Origin: Escherichia coli
GTDB taxonomy: Bacteria; Pseudomonadota; Gammaproteobacteria; Enterobacterales; Enterobacteriaceae
NCBI RefSeq assembly: GCF_003790525.1
Contig: NZ_CP033635.1
Length of the DNA: 64,000 nucleotides
Direction: 5' to 3' (one strand)
Position numbers and translations under genes: made by a program. Shown here in pieces: positions 26,327-36,500 of this stretch; within the stretch, counting starts at the first letter, position 1, and each line of letters starts with the position of its first letter. The notes beneath the pieces were generated by a model, which worked only from the letters and a program-made list of their open reading frames with translations, made no database searches and was not told the origin of the DNA.

Positions 26327-27999
26327 TCCTGCTACTTTGCAGCACTTCCGTTTTTGCCGGATTATTCGACGCGCCGGGACGTTCACAATTTGTCCCCGCG
26401 GATCAAGCCTTTGCTTTTGATTTTCAGCAAAAGCAACATGACCTTAATCTGACCTGGCAGATCAAAGACGGTTACTACCTCTACCGTAAACAGATCCGCA
26501 TTACGCCGGAACACGCGAAAATTGCCGACGTGCAGCTGCCACAAGGCGTCTGGCATGAAGATGAGTTTTACGGCAAAAGCGAGATTTACCGCGATCGGCT
26601 GACGCTTCCCGTAACCATCAACCAGGCGAGTGCGGGAGCGACGTTAACTGTCACCTACCAGGGCTGTGCTGATGCCGGTTTCTGTTATCCGCCAGAAACC
26701 AAAACCGTTCCGTTAAGCGAAGTGGTCGCCAACAACGCAGCGTCACAGCCTGTGTCTGTTCCGCAGCAAGAGCAGCACACCGCGCAATTGCCCTTTTCCG
26801 CGCTCTGGGCGTTGTTGATCGGTATTGGTATCGCCTTTACGCCATGCGTGCTGCCAATGTACCCTCTGATTTCTGGTATCGTGCTGGGCGGTAAACAGCG
26901 GCTCTCCACTGCCAGAGCATTGTTGCTGACCTTTATTTATGTGCAGGGGATGGCACTGACTTACACGGCGCTGGGTCTGGTAGTTGCCGCCGCAGGGTTA
27001 CAGTTCCAGGCGGCGCTACAGCACCCATACGTGCTCATTGGCCTCGCTATCGTCTTTACCTTGCTGGCGATGTCAATGTTTGGCTTGTTTACCCTGCAAC
27101 TCCCCTCTTCGCTGCAAACGCGCCTCACGCTGATGAGCAATCGCCAACAGGGCGGCTCACCTGGCGGTGTGTTTGTTATGGGAGCGATTGCCGGACTGAT
27201 CTGTTCACCATGCACCACCGCACCGCTTAGCGCGATTCTGTTGTATATCGCCCAAAGCGGGAACATGTGGCTGGGGGGCGGCACGCTTTATCTCTATGCG
27301 TTGGGCATGGGCCTGCCGCTGATGCTAATAACCGTCTTTGGTAACCGCCTGCTGCCGAAAAGCGGCCCGTGGATGGAACAAGTCAAAACCGCGTTTGGTT
27401 TTGTGATCCTCGCACTGCCGGTCTTCCTGCTGGAGCGAGTGATTGGTGATATATGGGGATTACGCTTGTGGTCGGCGCTTGGTGTCGCATTCTTTGGCTG
27501 GGCCTTTATCACCAGCCTACAGGCCAAACGCGGCTGGATGCGCGTGGTGCAAATAATCCTGCTGGCAGCGGCATTGGTTAGCGTGCGCCCACTTCAGGAT
27601 TGGGCATTTGGTGCGACGCATACCGTGCAAACTCAGACGCATCTCAACTTTACACAAATCAAAACGGTAGATGAGTTAAATCAGGCGCTCGTTGAAGCCA
27701 AAGGCAAACCAGTGATGTTAGATCTCTATGCCGACTGGTGCGTCGCCTGTAAAGAGTTTGAGAAATACACCTTCAGCGACCCGCAGGTGCAAAAAGCGTT
27801 AGCAGACACGGTCTTACTTCAGGCTAACGTCACTGCCAACGACGCCCAAGATGTGGCGCTGTTAAAGCATCTTAATGTCCTTGGCCTACCGACAATTCTC
27901 TTTTTTGACGGACAAGGCCAGGAGCATCCACAAGAACGCGTCACGGGCTTTATGGATGCTGAAACCTTCAGCGCACATTTGCGCGATCGCCAACCGTGA
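26302..27999 (+). CDS. dsbD: thiol:disulfide interchange protein DsbD (DipZ)
   Basis: ORF 26221-27999. The start at [19 protein letters not shown] gives 565 aa. It has a signal peptide, a central TM domain and a C-terminal thioredoxin fold with WCVACK. The gene overlaps the cutA end. Confidence 0.93.
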
Positions 28000-28035
28000 A
28001 CGACACTTGCAGTGGGAAAGACGGAGGAAAATAGC

Positions 28036-28611
28036 GTGCAACGTGAAGATGTACTGGGAGAAGCCCTGAAATTATTAGAATTACAAGGGATTGCCAACAC
28101 CACGCTGGAGATGGTTGCTGAACGTGTGGATTATCCACTGGACGAGCTGCGCCGCTTCTGGCCAGACAAAGAGGCAATCCTCTACGATGCGCTGCGTTAT
28201 CTTAGCCAACAGATAGATGCCTGGCGTCGTCAGCTGATGCTGGACGAAACGCAAACCGCCGAACAAAAGTTGCTGGCACGTTATCAGGCGTTATCGGAGT
28301 GCGTTAAAAACAACCGCTATCCGGGCTGTCTGTTTATCGCTGCCTGTACGTTTTATCCCGATCCTGGCCACCCTATTCATCAACTAGCCGATCAGCAAAA
28401 AAGCGCGGCCTACGATTTCACCCACGAACTGTTAACCACGCTGGAAGTTGACGATCCGGCGATGGTAGCAAAGCAGATGGAACTGGTGCTGGAAGGCTGT
28501 TTAAGCCGAATGCTGGTGAATCGTAGCCAGGCGGATGTCGACACCGCACATCGGCTGGCGGAAGATATCCTGCGCTTCGCCCGCTGCCGCCAGGGTGGCG
28601 CACTGACCTGA
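28036..28611 (+). CDS. yjdC: TetR-family transcriptional regulator YjdC
   Basis: ORF 28012-28611. The GTG start at (M)[30 protein letters not shown] gives 191 aa with an N-terminal TetR HTH. Confidence 0.85.
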   Translation: MQREDVLGEALKLLELQGIANTTLEMVAERVDYPLDELRRFWPDKEAILYDALRYLSQQIDAWRRQLMLDETQTAEQKLLARYQALSECVKNNRYPGCLFIAACTFYPDPGHPIHQLADQQKSAAYDFTHELLTTLEVDDPAMVAKQMELVLEGCLSRMLVNRSQADVDTAHRLAEDILRFARCRQGGALT

Positions 28612-28678
28612 CAGAAACACAGAAAAGAAGCGATTTGCCGCAATCTTAAGCAGTTGAATCGCTTTTACTGAAATTAGG

Positions 28679-28707
28679 TTGACGAGATGTGCAGATTACG
28701 GTTTAAT
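28679..28707 (+). promoter_or_regulatory. pheU stable-RNA promoter
   Basis: TTGACG, a 17-nt spacer, then TTTAAT, followed by the GC-rich discriminator GCGCCCC immediately before the tRNA. Confidence 0.75.
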
Positions 28708-28717
28708 GCGCCCCGTT

Positions 28718-28793
28718 GCCCGGATAGCTCAGTCGGTAGAGCAGGGGATTGAAAATCCCCGTGTCCTTGGTTCGATTCCGAGTCCGGGCACCA
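28718..28793 (+). tRNA. pheU: tRNA-Phe (anticodon GAA)
   Basis: gcccggatagctcagtcggtagagcaggggattGAAaatccccgtgtccttggttcgattccgagtccgggcacca is a 76-nt cloverleaf with encoded CCA. Its position next to yjdC identifies pheU. Confidence 0.97.
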
Positions 28794-28969
28794 CTTTCAC
28801 TTCCAGATTCATCTCCCGAACTCCACGAAACTCAAGTATAATCACATCGTTACAAGCAATCTGAACATCCTGAACTCCACCGAACTCTACTGAACTCTCT
28901 CTCAATCAAGCGTTCATTGGGGGCACCGGTGGGGGCTCATTGTGTTCAGTCAGTTTCAGGAGCCCCCAT

Positions 28970-30154
28970 ATGGCACTTACAGCCAGACAGGTCGAAACAG
29001 CCAGACCTAAAGAAAAAGACTATAAACTCTCTGACGAACGTGGTTTATATCTGCTGGTAAAAACCACGGGTGCCCGCTACTGGCGGCTTAAATACCGGAT
29101 AGCAGGAAAAGAGAAAAAACTGGCCCTCGGCGTCTATCCCGACGTCTCCCTTGCTGAAGCCAGAATCAAACGCGACGATGCCCGAAAAATTATCTCCGAA
29201 GGTGGCGACCCGGGCGAAAAGAAGCGAAAGGAAAAACTCACTCAGAAAATCTCTGCCACCAATACGTTCCATGCCCTTGCTACGGAATGGCATCAGCATA
29301 AATCTTTGTCATGGTCTGAAAGTTACGCCAGAAGCGTACTGGAGGCTCTGGATAAAGATATTTTCCCGTATCTGGGCAAACGAAGCGTTACTGATATCCT
29401 CCCGCTGGAAATGCTGGAAATTCTGCGCCGCATAGAAAAACGTGGCTCGCTGGAAAAACTTCGTAAGGTGCGTCAATACTGTAATCAGATTTTTCGTTAT
29501 GCCATCGCCACCGGACGAGCCACTGTCAATCCGGCATCTGAACTGACCAGTACGCTGGCGGCGCCAAAAGCTGCACATTTCCCCCACCTGAGAGCAGATG
29601 AGCTCCCTGTTTTTCTCCGGAAGCTCGCTGAATATCATGGCAGTCCTGTTACCCGCATGGCGACAAATCTGCTGCTTCTGACAGGCCTCAGAACGATTGA
29701 ACTACGGTCCGCTGAATGGTCAGAAATTGATTTTGATAATGCCCTGTGGACAATCCCTGAAAGCCGCATGAAAATGCGACGTAAACATGTCGTACCACTG
29801 TCACGACAGGCCACTGACATTCTGCTGCAGCTCAAAACTTTCTCCGGACAATACCGGCTGGTTTTCCCGGGACGTTGTGATATCAACAAGCCAATGAGCG
29901 AAGCCAGCATCAATATGGTGCTCAAACGTATCGGTTACGATGGCAGGGCAACCGGTCATGGTTTTCGTCACACCATGAGTACCATTCTGCACGAACAGGG
30001 CTTTAATTCTGCCTGGATTGAAATGCAGTTAGCTCATGTGGATAAAAATTCCATCAGGGGTACCTATAATCATGCCCTGTATCTCGATGGTCGCCGTGAA
30101 ATGATGCAATGGTACGCTGACTACATTGATTCACTTTCCATCCAGGAGAGTTAA
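28970..30154 (+). CDS. P4-type tyrosine integrase (DUF4102 N-terminal arm-binding domain)
   Basis: ORF 28940-30154. The ATG at MALTARQVETARPKEKDYKLSDERGLYLLV is preceded by AGGAG. The catalytic region contains HGFRHT and LAHVDKNSIRGTYNH. The gene lies 175 nt downstream of tRNA-Phe in the same orientation, the classical island arrangement. Confidence 0.9.
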   Translation: MALTARQVETARPKEKDYKLSDERGLYLLVKTTGARYWRLKYRIAGKEKKLALGVYPDVSLAEARIKRDDARKIISEGGDPGEKKRKEKLTQKISATNTFHALATEWHQHKSLSWSESYARSVLEALDKDIFPYLGKRSVTDILPLEMLEILRRIEKRGSLEKLRKVRQYCNQIFRYAIATGRATVNPASELTSTLAAPKAAHFPHLRADELPVFLRKLAEYHGSPVTRMATNLLLLTGLRTIELRSAEWSEIDFDNALWTIPESRMKMRRKHVVPLSRQATDILLQLKTFSGQYRLVFPGRCDINKPMSEASINMVLKRIGYDGRATGHGFRHTMSTILHEQGFNSAWIEMQLAHVDKNSIRGTYNHALYLDGRREMMQWYADYIDSLSIQES

Positions 30155-30303
30155 TTACACTTTGTCCTGAAATTATTCTCACAATCAATAACCTTTCCCT
30201 CTGATCTGTAAGATCAGAGGGATTCCGTTAACTTACAATAAGTGATATTGGTTGTCTGGAGATTTAGGGGGACGGTCTACTATAATAATTAGCAGGAGAT
30301 AAT

Positions 30304-31314
30304 ATGTCACTTAAGGCGATTGCCACTGCACTCGGAGTTTCTGTCACCACTGTCAGTCGGGCTCTTGGAGGCTATGCAGATGTGTCAGCTTCCACCCGTG
30401 CACGGGTGGAAGCTGAAGCTCGTCGACGCGGTTACCGTCCTAATACTCAGGCAAGAAGACTCAAAACCGGTAAAACCGATGCTGTCGGTCTGGTTTATCC
30501 TGGACGTGATGTGCCATTTAACAGTGGTGTTTTTATGGATATGGTCAGTTGCATCAGCCGGGAACTTGCTCACCATGATATTGACTTACTACTGATAGCT
30601 GATGATGAGCATGCCGATTGCCACAGCTATATGCGGCTTGTTGAAAGTCGCAGGGTTGATGCTCTCATCATTGCACACACTCTGGATGACGATCCCCGTA
30701 TCACACACCTTCATAAAGCAGGTATTCCATTTCTGGCTCTTGGTCGGGTACCATCTGGTCTGCCCTGTGCGTGGTTTGACTTTGATAATCATGCCGGGAC
30801 TGGACAGGCAACCCAGAAACTGATTGCTTTGGGACATAAACGTATTGCATTGTTGAGTGAAGACACTTCACATAGCTATGTTGTTGCAAGACGTCAGGGA
30901 TGGCTTGATGCACTGAATGAGCATGAACTGGAAGATACATGGCTGCGGCTGGTTTCTCCCACACGGCGAGCAGGATATCAGGCCGTGATGGAGTTAATGT
31001 CACTACCGATACCACCAACAGCTATTATTACTGACAATGACCTGAGTGGAGATGGTGCTGCCATGGCACTGCAGTTGAGCGGTCGTCTTTCAGGAAAAGA
31101 TGCGGTATCTCTGGTTGTATATGATGGTTTGCCACAGGACAGTATTATTGAGCTGGATGTGGCTGCAGTTATTCAGTCAACACGAAGCCTCGTTGGTCGC
31201 CAGATTTCCGAGATGATATATCAGATAATTACTGATTCATCATCAAAACCACTACAGGTTGTCTGGAACCCGGTATTTTATCCGGGAAAGACGATTCATC
31301 CTCCTTGCTCCTGA
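30304..31314 (+). CDS. rafR: LacI-family raffinose operon repressor
   Basis: 336 aa with the N-terminal HTH MSLKAIATALGVSVTTVSRALGG. It precedes rafA, and two LacI-type palindromes lie between the two genes. Confidence 0.8.
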   Translation: MSLKAIATALGVSVTTVSRALGGYADVSASTRARVEAEARRRGYRPNTQARRLKTGKTDAVGLVYPGRDVPFNSGVFMDMVSCISRELAHHDIDLLLIADDEHADCHSYMRLVESRRVDALIIAHTLDDDPRITHLHKAGIPFLALGRVPSGLPCAWFDFDNHAGTGQATQKLIALGHKRIALLSEDTSHSYVVARRQGWLDALNEHELEDTWLRLVSPTRRAGYQAVMELMSLPIPPTAIITDNDLSGDGAAMALQLSGRLSGKDAVSLVVYDGLPQDSIIELDVAAVIQSTRSLVGRQISEMIYQIITDSSSKPLQVVWNPVFYPGKTIHPPCS

Positions 31315-31335
31315 TTTTTTTATCCAGCTCACATA

Positions 31336-31372
31336 TCCGAAACGTTTTGGTTGATACCCGAAACGTTTCGGA
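31336..31372 (+). promoter_or_regulatory. twin raf operators flanking a -35-like TTGATA
   Basis: tCCGAAACGTTTTGG - TTGATA - CCCGAAACGTTTCGG. These are two near-identical LacI-type palindromes (CGAAACGTTTCG core) on either side of a -35 hexamer. This matches the published O1/O2 arrangement of the raf promoter as I recall it. Confidence 0.7.
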
Positions 31373-31409
31373 TCAACAGTAAGGCATCCCTGAGAAAGGA
31401 GAATGTCTT

Positions 31410-33536
31410 ATGGTTTCAAAGTACTGCAGACTGAGCAGTCCTCGCTCTGATTTAATTATTAAAACCCGTCCACATGCAGAAATTATCTGGTGGGGCTCTG
31501 CACTGAAACATTTCTCACCGGATGACTGTGCCAGCCTGGAAAGACCGGTTGCGAATGGTCGTCTGGATATTGATACGCCACTAACACTGATGGCTGAAAA
31601 TGCCCTGGGACTTTTTAGCTCTCCGGGACTGGAAGGACACAGGAATGGGCTGGATGCATCTCCTGTTTTTTATACAGTTGACGTGGAACATACCGAAAAC
31701 ACTCTGAGACTTACCAGTGAAGATTCGGTAGCCGGCCTGCGTCTGGTCAGCGAGCTGGTGATGACGCCATCAGGAATTCTGAAAGTTCGTCATGCACTGA
31801 CCAACCTCAGAGAGGGGGACTGGCAGATAAATCGTTTCGCCATCACTTTACCTTTAGCGGAACGTGCGGAAGAAGTCATGGCTTTTCACGGACGCTGGAC
31901 TCGTGAATTTCAGCCGCACAGGGTACGTCTCACTCATGATGCTTTTGTTCTGGAAAATCGCAGAGGGCGGACATCTCATGAGCATTTTCCGGCGCTGATT
32001 GTCGGCACGCCAGGCTTCTCGGAACAACAGGGAGAGGTGTGGGCTGTGCATCTGGGGTGGAGTGGAAATCACCGCATGAGATGTGAGGCAAAAACTGACG
32101 GCAGGCGTTACGTTCAGGCTGAGGCTCTGTGGATGCCGGGTGAGAAGGCTCTCAGGAAGAATGAAACCCTGTACACCCCGTGGCTATATGCCTGCCACTC
32201 TGCGGATGGCCTGAATGGAATGAGTCAGCAATACCATCGTTTTTTGCGTGATGAAATTATCCGTTTCCCTGAGCAAAAACCCCGCCCTGTACATCTCAAT
32301 ACCTGGGAAGGTATTTATTTCAATCACAATCCTGATTACATCATGCAGATGGCTGAGCGTGCAGCAGCACTGGGCGTTGAACGTTTCATTATTGATGATG
32401 GCTGGTTTAAAGGACGTAACGATGACCGCGCGGCTCTGGGCGACTGGTATACCGATGAACAGAAATACCCGAACGGGCTGATGCCGGTTATTAAACATGT
32501 GAAATCTCTCGGTATGGAATTTGGCATATGGGTTGAGCCGGAAATGATTAACCCGGATTCTGACCTGTTTCGTCTTCATCCTGACTGGGTATTGTCAATG
32601 CCTGGATATTCCCAGCCAACCGGAAGATATCAGTATGTTCTTAACCTGAATATTCCAGAGGCCTTTGCTTACATTTATGAACGTTTCTTATGGTTACTGG
32701 GAGAACATCCGGTTGATTATGTGAAATGGGACATGAATCGTGAGCTTGTACAGGCAGGGCATGAAGGCCGTGCGGCAGCAGATGCACAGACCCGTCAGTT
32801 CTATCGATTGCTTGATCTCCTCCGTGAACGTTTTCCACATGTTGAGTTTGAGTCCTGTGCTTCCGGTGGGGGGCGTATTGACTTCGAAGTCCTGAAACGC
32901 ACACACCGGTTCTGGGCATCTGACAATAATGATGCCCTGGAGCGCTGCACCATACAACGTGGCATGAGTTACTTTTTCCCTCCTGAGGTGATGGGGGCGC
33001 ATATTGGCCATCGCCGCTGCCATGCAACTTTCCGGCAGCACAGCATCGCTTTTCGTGGGCTGACGGCATTGTTCGGCCATATGGGGCTGGAGCTGGATCC
33101 GGTGGCCGCAGATGCGAAGGAATCTGACGGTTATCGCCGGTATGCCTTGCTCTATAAAGAATGGCGACAACTGATTCATACAGGAGTTCTCTGGCGTGTG
33201 GATATGCCAGATCCTTCGATACAGGTTCAGGGAGTCGTCAGCCCTGATCAGTCTCAGGCACTTTTTATGATCAGCCAGCTTGCAATGCCGGATTACACCT
33301 TACCAGGCATACTTCGTTTTCCCGGTCTGGCGGCGGAAGTGCGTTACCGGCTTCGGGTTATTGATCACCCGGACCTCCAGGTGGTTGGTGAAGGCGGTCA
33401 TACCATGCGCAAATTACCTGTCTGGATGAATCAGAGCCTTGAGGCCAGTGGTGAATGGCTGGCACAGGGAGGGATTCAGCTCCCCGTACTGGATCCGGAG
33501 AGTGCGATTTTGATAGCACTTGAAAGAGCTGTGTGA
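31410..33536 (+). CDS. rafA: alpha-galactosidase (GH36)
   Basis: 708 aa, the same length as plasmid RafA. It has the GH36 core (KWDMNR, CASGGGR). Confidence 0.88.
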   Translation: MVSKYCRLSSPRSDLIIKTRPHAEIIWWGSALKHFSPDDCASLERPVANGRLDIDTPLTLMAENALGLFSSPGLEGHRNGLDASPVFYTVDVEHTENTLRLTSEDSVAGLRLVSELVMTPSGILKVRHALTNLREGDWQINRFAITLPLAERAEEVMAFHGRWTREFQPHRVRLTHDAFVLENRRGRTSHEHFPALIVGTPGFSEQQGEVWAVHLGWSGNHRMRCEAKTDGRRYVQAEALWMPGEKALRKNETLYTPWLYACHSADGLNGMSQQYHRFLRDEIIRFPEQKPRPVHLNTWEGIYFNHNPDYIMQMAERAAALGVERFIIDDGWFKGRNDDRAALGDWYTDEQKYPNGLMPVIKHVKSLGMEFGIWVEPEMINPDSDLFRLHPDWVLSMPGYSQPTGRYQYVLNLNIPEAFAYIYERFLWLLGEHPVDYVKWDMNRELVQAGHEGRAAADAQTRQFYRLLDLLRERFPHVEFESCASGGGRIDFEVLKRTHRFWASDNNDALERCTIQRGMSYFFPPEVMGAHIGHRRCHATFRQHSIAFRGLTALFGHMGLELDPVAADAKESDGYRRYALLYKEWRQLIHTGVLWRVDMPDPSIQVQGVVSPDQSQALFMISQLAMPDYTLPGILRFPGLAAEVRYRLRVIDHPDLQVVGEGGHTMRKLPVWMNQSLEASGEWLAQGGIQLPVLDPESAILIALERAV

Positions 33537-33598
33537 AGAGAGGTACGGAGCCTCAGCTCCGTCCTGTTTCTCAATATTATCCCGTGAGGGTAAGAATA

Positions 33599-34876
33599 AT
33601 GAATTCTGCAAGTACGCATAAAAATCCCGATTTCTGGATTTTCGGTCTGTTCTTCTTTCTCTACTTTTTCATCATGGCAACCTGTTTTCCGTTTTTGCCT
33701 GTATGGCTGTCCGATGTGGTCGGACTGAGTAAAACGGATACAGGTATAGTCTTTTCATGTCTTTCTCTGTTTGCCATCAGTTTCCAGCCATTGCTTGGGG
33801 TCATATCAGATCGCCTGGGACTGAAAAAAAACCTGATCTGGAGTATCAGCCTGTTACTTGTATTTTTCGCCCCCTTTTTTTTATATGAATTTGCGCCCCT
33901 GCTGCGCTTCAATATCTGGGCAGGCGCACTGACTGGCGGTGTCTTTATTGGTTTTGTGTTTTCTGCAGGTGCCGGAGCTATTGAAGCTTATATAGAGCGG
34001 GTCAGTCGCAGTCGTGGATTTGAATACGGTAAAGCGAGGATGTTCGGGTGTCTGGGCTGGGCGTTATGTGCGGCTATGGCTGGAATGCTTTTTAATGTCG
34101 ATCCTTCTCTGGTTTTCTGGATGGGGTCAGGAAGCGCATTATTGTTGCTTCTTCTGTTGTTTCTGGCGCGCCCCAGTACCAGCCAGACGGCAATGGTTAT
34201 GAATACACTGGGTGCCAATTCTTCCCTGATTTCGACCAGAATGGTCTTCAGCCTGTTTCGCATGCGTCAGATGTGGATGTTTGTTCTCTACACGATTGGT
34301 GTGGCCTGTGTCTATGATGTATTTGATCAGCAGTTTGCCACATTTTTTCGTTCATTCTTTGACACTCCTCAGGCAGGAATAAAAGCATTCGGATTTGCTA
34401 CCACTGCGGGGGAGATTTGTAATGCCATTATCATGTTCTGTACACCATGGATAATTCATCGCATTGGTGCCAAAAATACCCTGCTTGTTGCGGGGGGAAT
34501 TATGACCATCCGCATTACCGGTTCTGCTTTTGCCACCACCGCGACAGAAGTGGTGATTCTGAAAATGCTTCACGCTCTTGAAGTTCCATTTTTGCTGGTT
34601 GGGGCGTTCAAATATATTACGGCAGTGTTTGACACCCGACTGTCAGCGACCGTTTATTTAATAGGTTTTCAGTTTTCCAAACAACTTGCTGCAATACTTC
34701 TCTCTACCTTTGCCGGCCACCTGTATGATCGTATGGGATTCCAGAATACGTATTTTGTGCTCGGGATGATTGCTCTGACTGTTACCGTGATATCAGTTTT
34801 CACGCTGAGTTCTTCCCGCGGGAGCGTACACCCTTCTGTAGAAAAAGCCCCTGCAGCGCATTCGGAGATTAACTGA
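33599..34876 (+). CDS. rafB: raffinose permease (LacY-type oligosaccharide:H+ symporter)
   Basis: ORF 33533-34876. The start at MNSASTHKNPDFWIFGLFFFLYFFIMA gives 425 aa with 12 TM helices and is LacY-like. Confidence 0.85.
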   Translation: MNSASTHKNPDFWIFGLFFFLYFFIMATCFPFLPVWLSDVVGLSKTDTGIVFSCLSLFAISFQPLLGVISDRLGLKKNLIWSISLLLVFFAPFFLYEFAPLLRFNIWAGALTGGVFIGFVFSAGAGAIEAYIERVSRSRGFEYGKARMFGCLGWALCAAMAGMLFNVDPSLVFWMGSGSALLLLLLLFLARPSTSQTAMVMNTLGANSSLISTRMVFSLFRMRQMWMFVLYTIGVACVYDVFDQQFATFFRSFFDTPQAGIKAFGFATTAGEICNAIIMFCTPWIIHRIGAKNTLLVAGGIMTIRITGSAFATTATEVVILKMLHALEVPFLLVGAFKYITAVFDTRLSATVYLIGFQFSKQLAAILLSTFAGHLYDRMGFQNTYFVLGMIALTVTVISVFTLSSSRGSVHPSVEKAPAAHSEIN

Positions 34877-36306
34877 TGAAACAGCGTCTTGCTTTGGCAC
34901 AGTCTGCCCTTGAAAAACTTTGCGCACGTCGTGGTAATGCCTGGTACCCGATTTTTCATCTGGCTCCACCTGCCGGCTGGATGAATGATCCAAATGGCCT
35001 TATTTACTTCAATGGGCGTTACCATGCGTTCTTCCAGCATCATCCTGCAAGCGCATATCAGGGGCCAATGCACTGGGGGCATGCCACCAGTACCGACATG
35101 TTGCACTGGCAACACGAACCTATCGCGCTGGCACCCGGAGATAAATATGATCGTGATGGCTGTTTTTCAGGGAGTGCCGTGGATGATGATGGCGTGCTAT
35201 CACTTATTTATACTGGTCATATTTGTCTCGATGATCGTGGTAATGACAGCATTATCCGTGAAGTACAGTGTCTGGCTACAAGTCATGATGGTATTCACTT
35301 TGAGAAGCAGGGCTGTGTGCTGACACCTCCGGAAGGTATAATGCATTTCCGTGATCCCAAAGTCTGGCACGAAGACGGCTCCTGGTGGATGGTCATTGGT
35401 GCCCGGGACGCTTCTGACAATGGGCAAGTTCTGTTGTATCGCGGGACATCTTTGCGGGACTGGCATCTGGAGCATGTTCTTGCTCATTCCGCAGCCGGAA
35501 AAAGTTATATGTGGGAATGCCCCGATTTCTTCAGGTGTGGTAATTTTCACTGGCTGATGTTCTCACCACAGGGGATGCCCCCTTCCGGTTATCGGTTCCG
35601 TAACCTTTTTCAGAGCGGTGTGTTGGCAGGGAGCTGGAAGCCTGGTTCTGTCTTTGCGCTGAAAGGGGGATTTGAAGAGCTGGATTATGGTCATGACTTT
35701 TATGCTCCACAGTCCATGCTGGCTGAGGACGGCAGGCGTATCATTATGGCATGGATGAATATGTGGGATTCACCCGTGCCCACCCGCAGTGAAGCCTGGG
35801 CAGGATGTCTGACGCTGCCCAGAGAGGTTTTTGAGCGCGATGGCCGGCTGTGCCAGCGACCTGTGCGTGAAGTCGAATCTCTGCGCAAAAAATGCCAGCC
35901 ATTATCCCCTGTAAGGTTACAGGGTTTGCAATTACTGACCGAAAATGTACAGGCCGCAGAATTATTGGTGACGTGGCATACGGTTGACAGTCATGCGGAG
36001 CACTATGGCGTCCGCCTTGGAGACGGTCTGCGACTTTATGTGGATAATCAGGCCGGGCGACTGGTACTGTGGCGCTATTACCCTGAGGAAGGGTTGGATG
36101 GTTACCGCAGTGTTGAACTTCCTGATACAGAATATCTGACTCTTCGTATTTTCTTGGATCGTTCATCTGTTGAAGTGTTTGTTAACGATGGTGAGGCAAC
36201 CTTATCAAGTCGTATTTATCCGCAAGCGGACTCGAGACAATTATCGTTATATGCCGCTCATGGCGATGCGATATTAACTGATGGCACTTTATGGATGCTG
36301 ACCTGA
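34876..36306 (+). CDS. rafD: raffinose invertase / sucrose hydrolase (GH32)
   Basis: 476 aa with GH32 motifs WMNDPNG, FRDPKV and MWECPDF. Its start overlaps the rafB stop. Confidence 0.88.
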   Translation: MKQRLALAQSALEKLCARRGNAWYPIFHLAPPAGWMNDPNGLIYFNGRYHAFFQHHPASAYQGPMHWGHATSTDMLHWQHEPIALAPGDKYDRDGCFSGSAVDDDGVLSLIYTGHICLDDRGNDSIIREVQCLATSHDGIHFEKQGCVLTPPEGIMHFRDPKVWHEDGSWWMVIGARDASDNGQVLLYRGTSLRDWHLEHVLAHSAAGKSYMWECPDFFRCGNFHWLMFSPQGMPPSGYRFRNLFQSGVLAGSWKPGSVFALKGGFEELDYGHDFYAPQSMLAEDGRRIIMAWMNMWDSPVPTRSEAWAGCLTLPREVFERDGRLCQRPVREVESLRKKCQPLSPVRLQGLQLLTENVQAAELLVTWHTVDSHAEHYGVRLGDGLRLYVDNQAGRLVLWRYYPEEGLDGYRSVELPDTEYLTLRIFLDRSSVEVFVNDGEATLSSRIYPQADSRQLSLYAAHGDAILTDGTLWMLT

Positions 36307-36500
36307 GACATATCGATATCAGTATTTTTTCTGACATTATCTGTCATTACTTTGCCAGTACACATTAATTATCTTTGCTGTGTGCTTTTGGTAATGTGTT
36401 GCGATTATATATACCAGTCTGGTGAAGAATATGAATGGTATTTTGTGTTGATACAGAGAATATAAGAGTACCCACATTTGTTTTTATTTAAGGGGGTAAA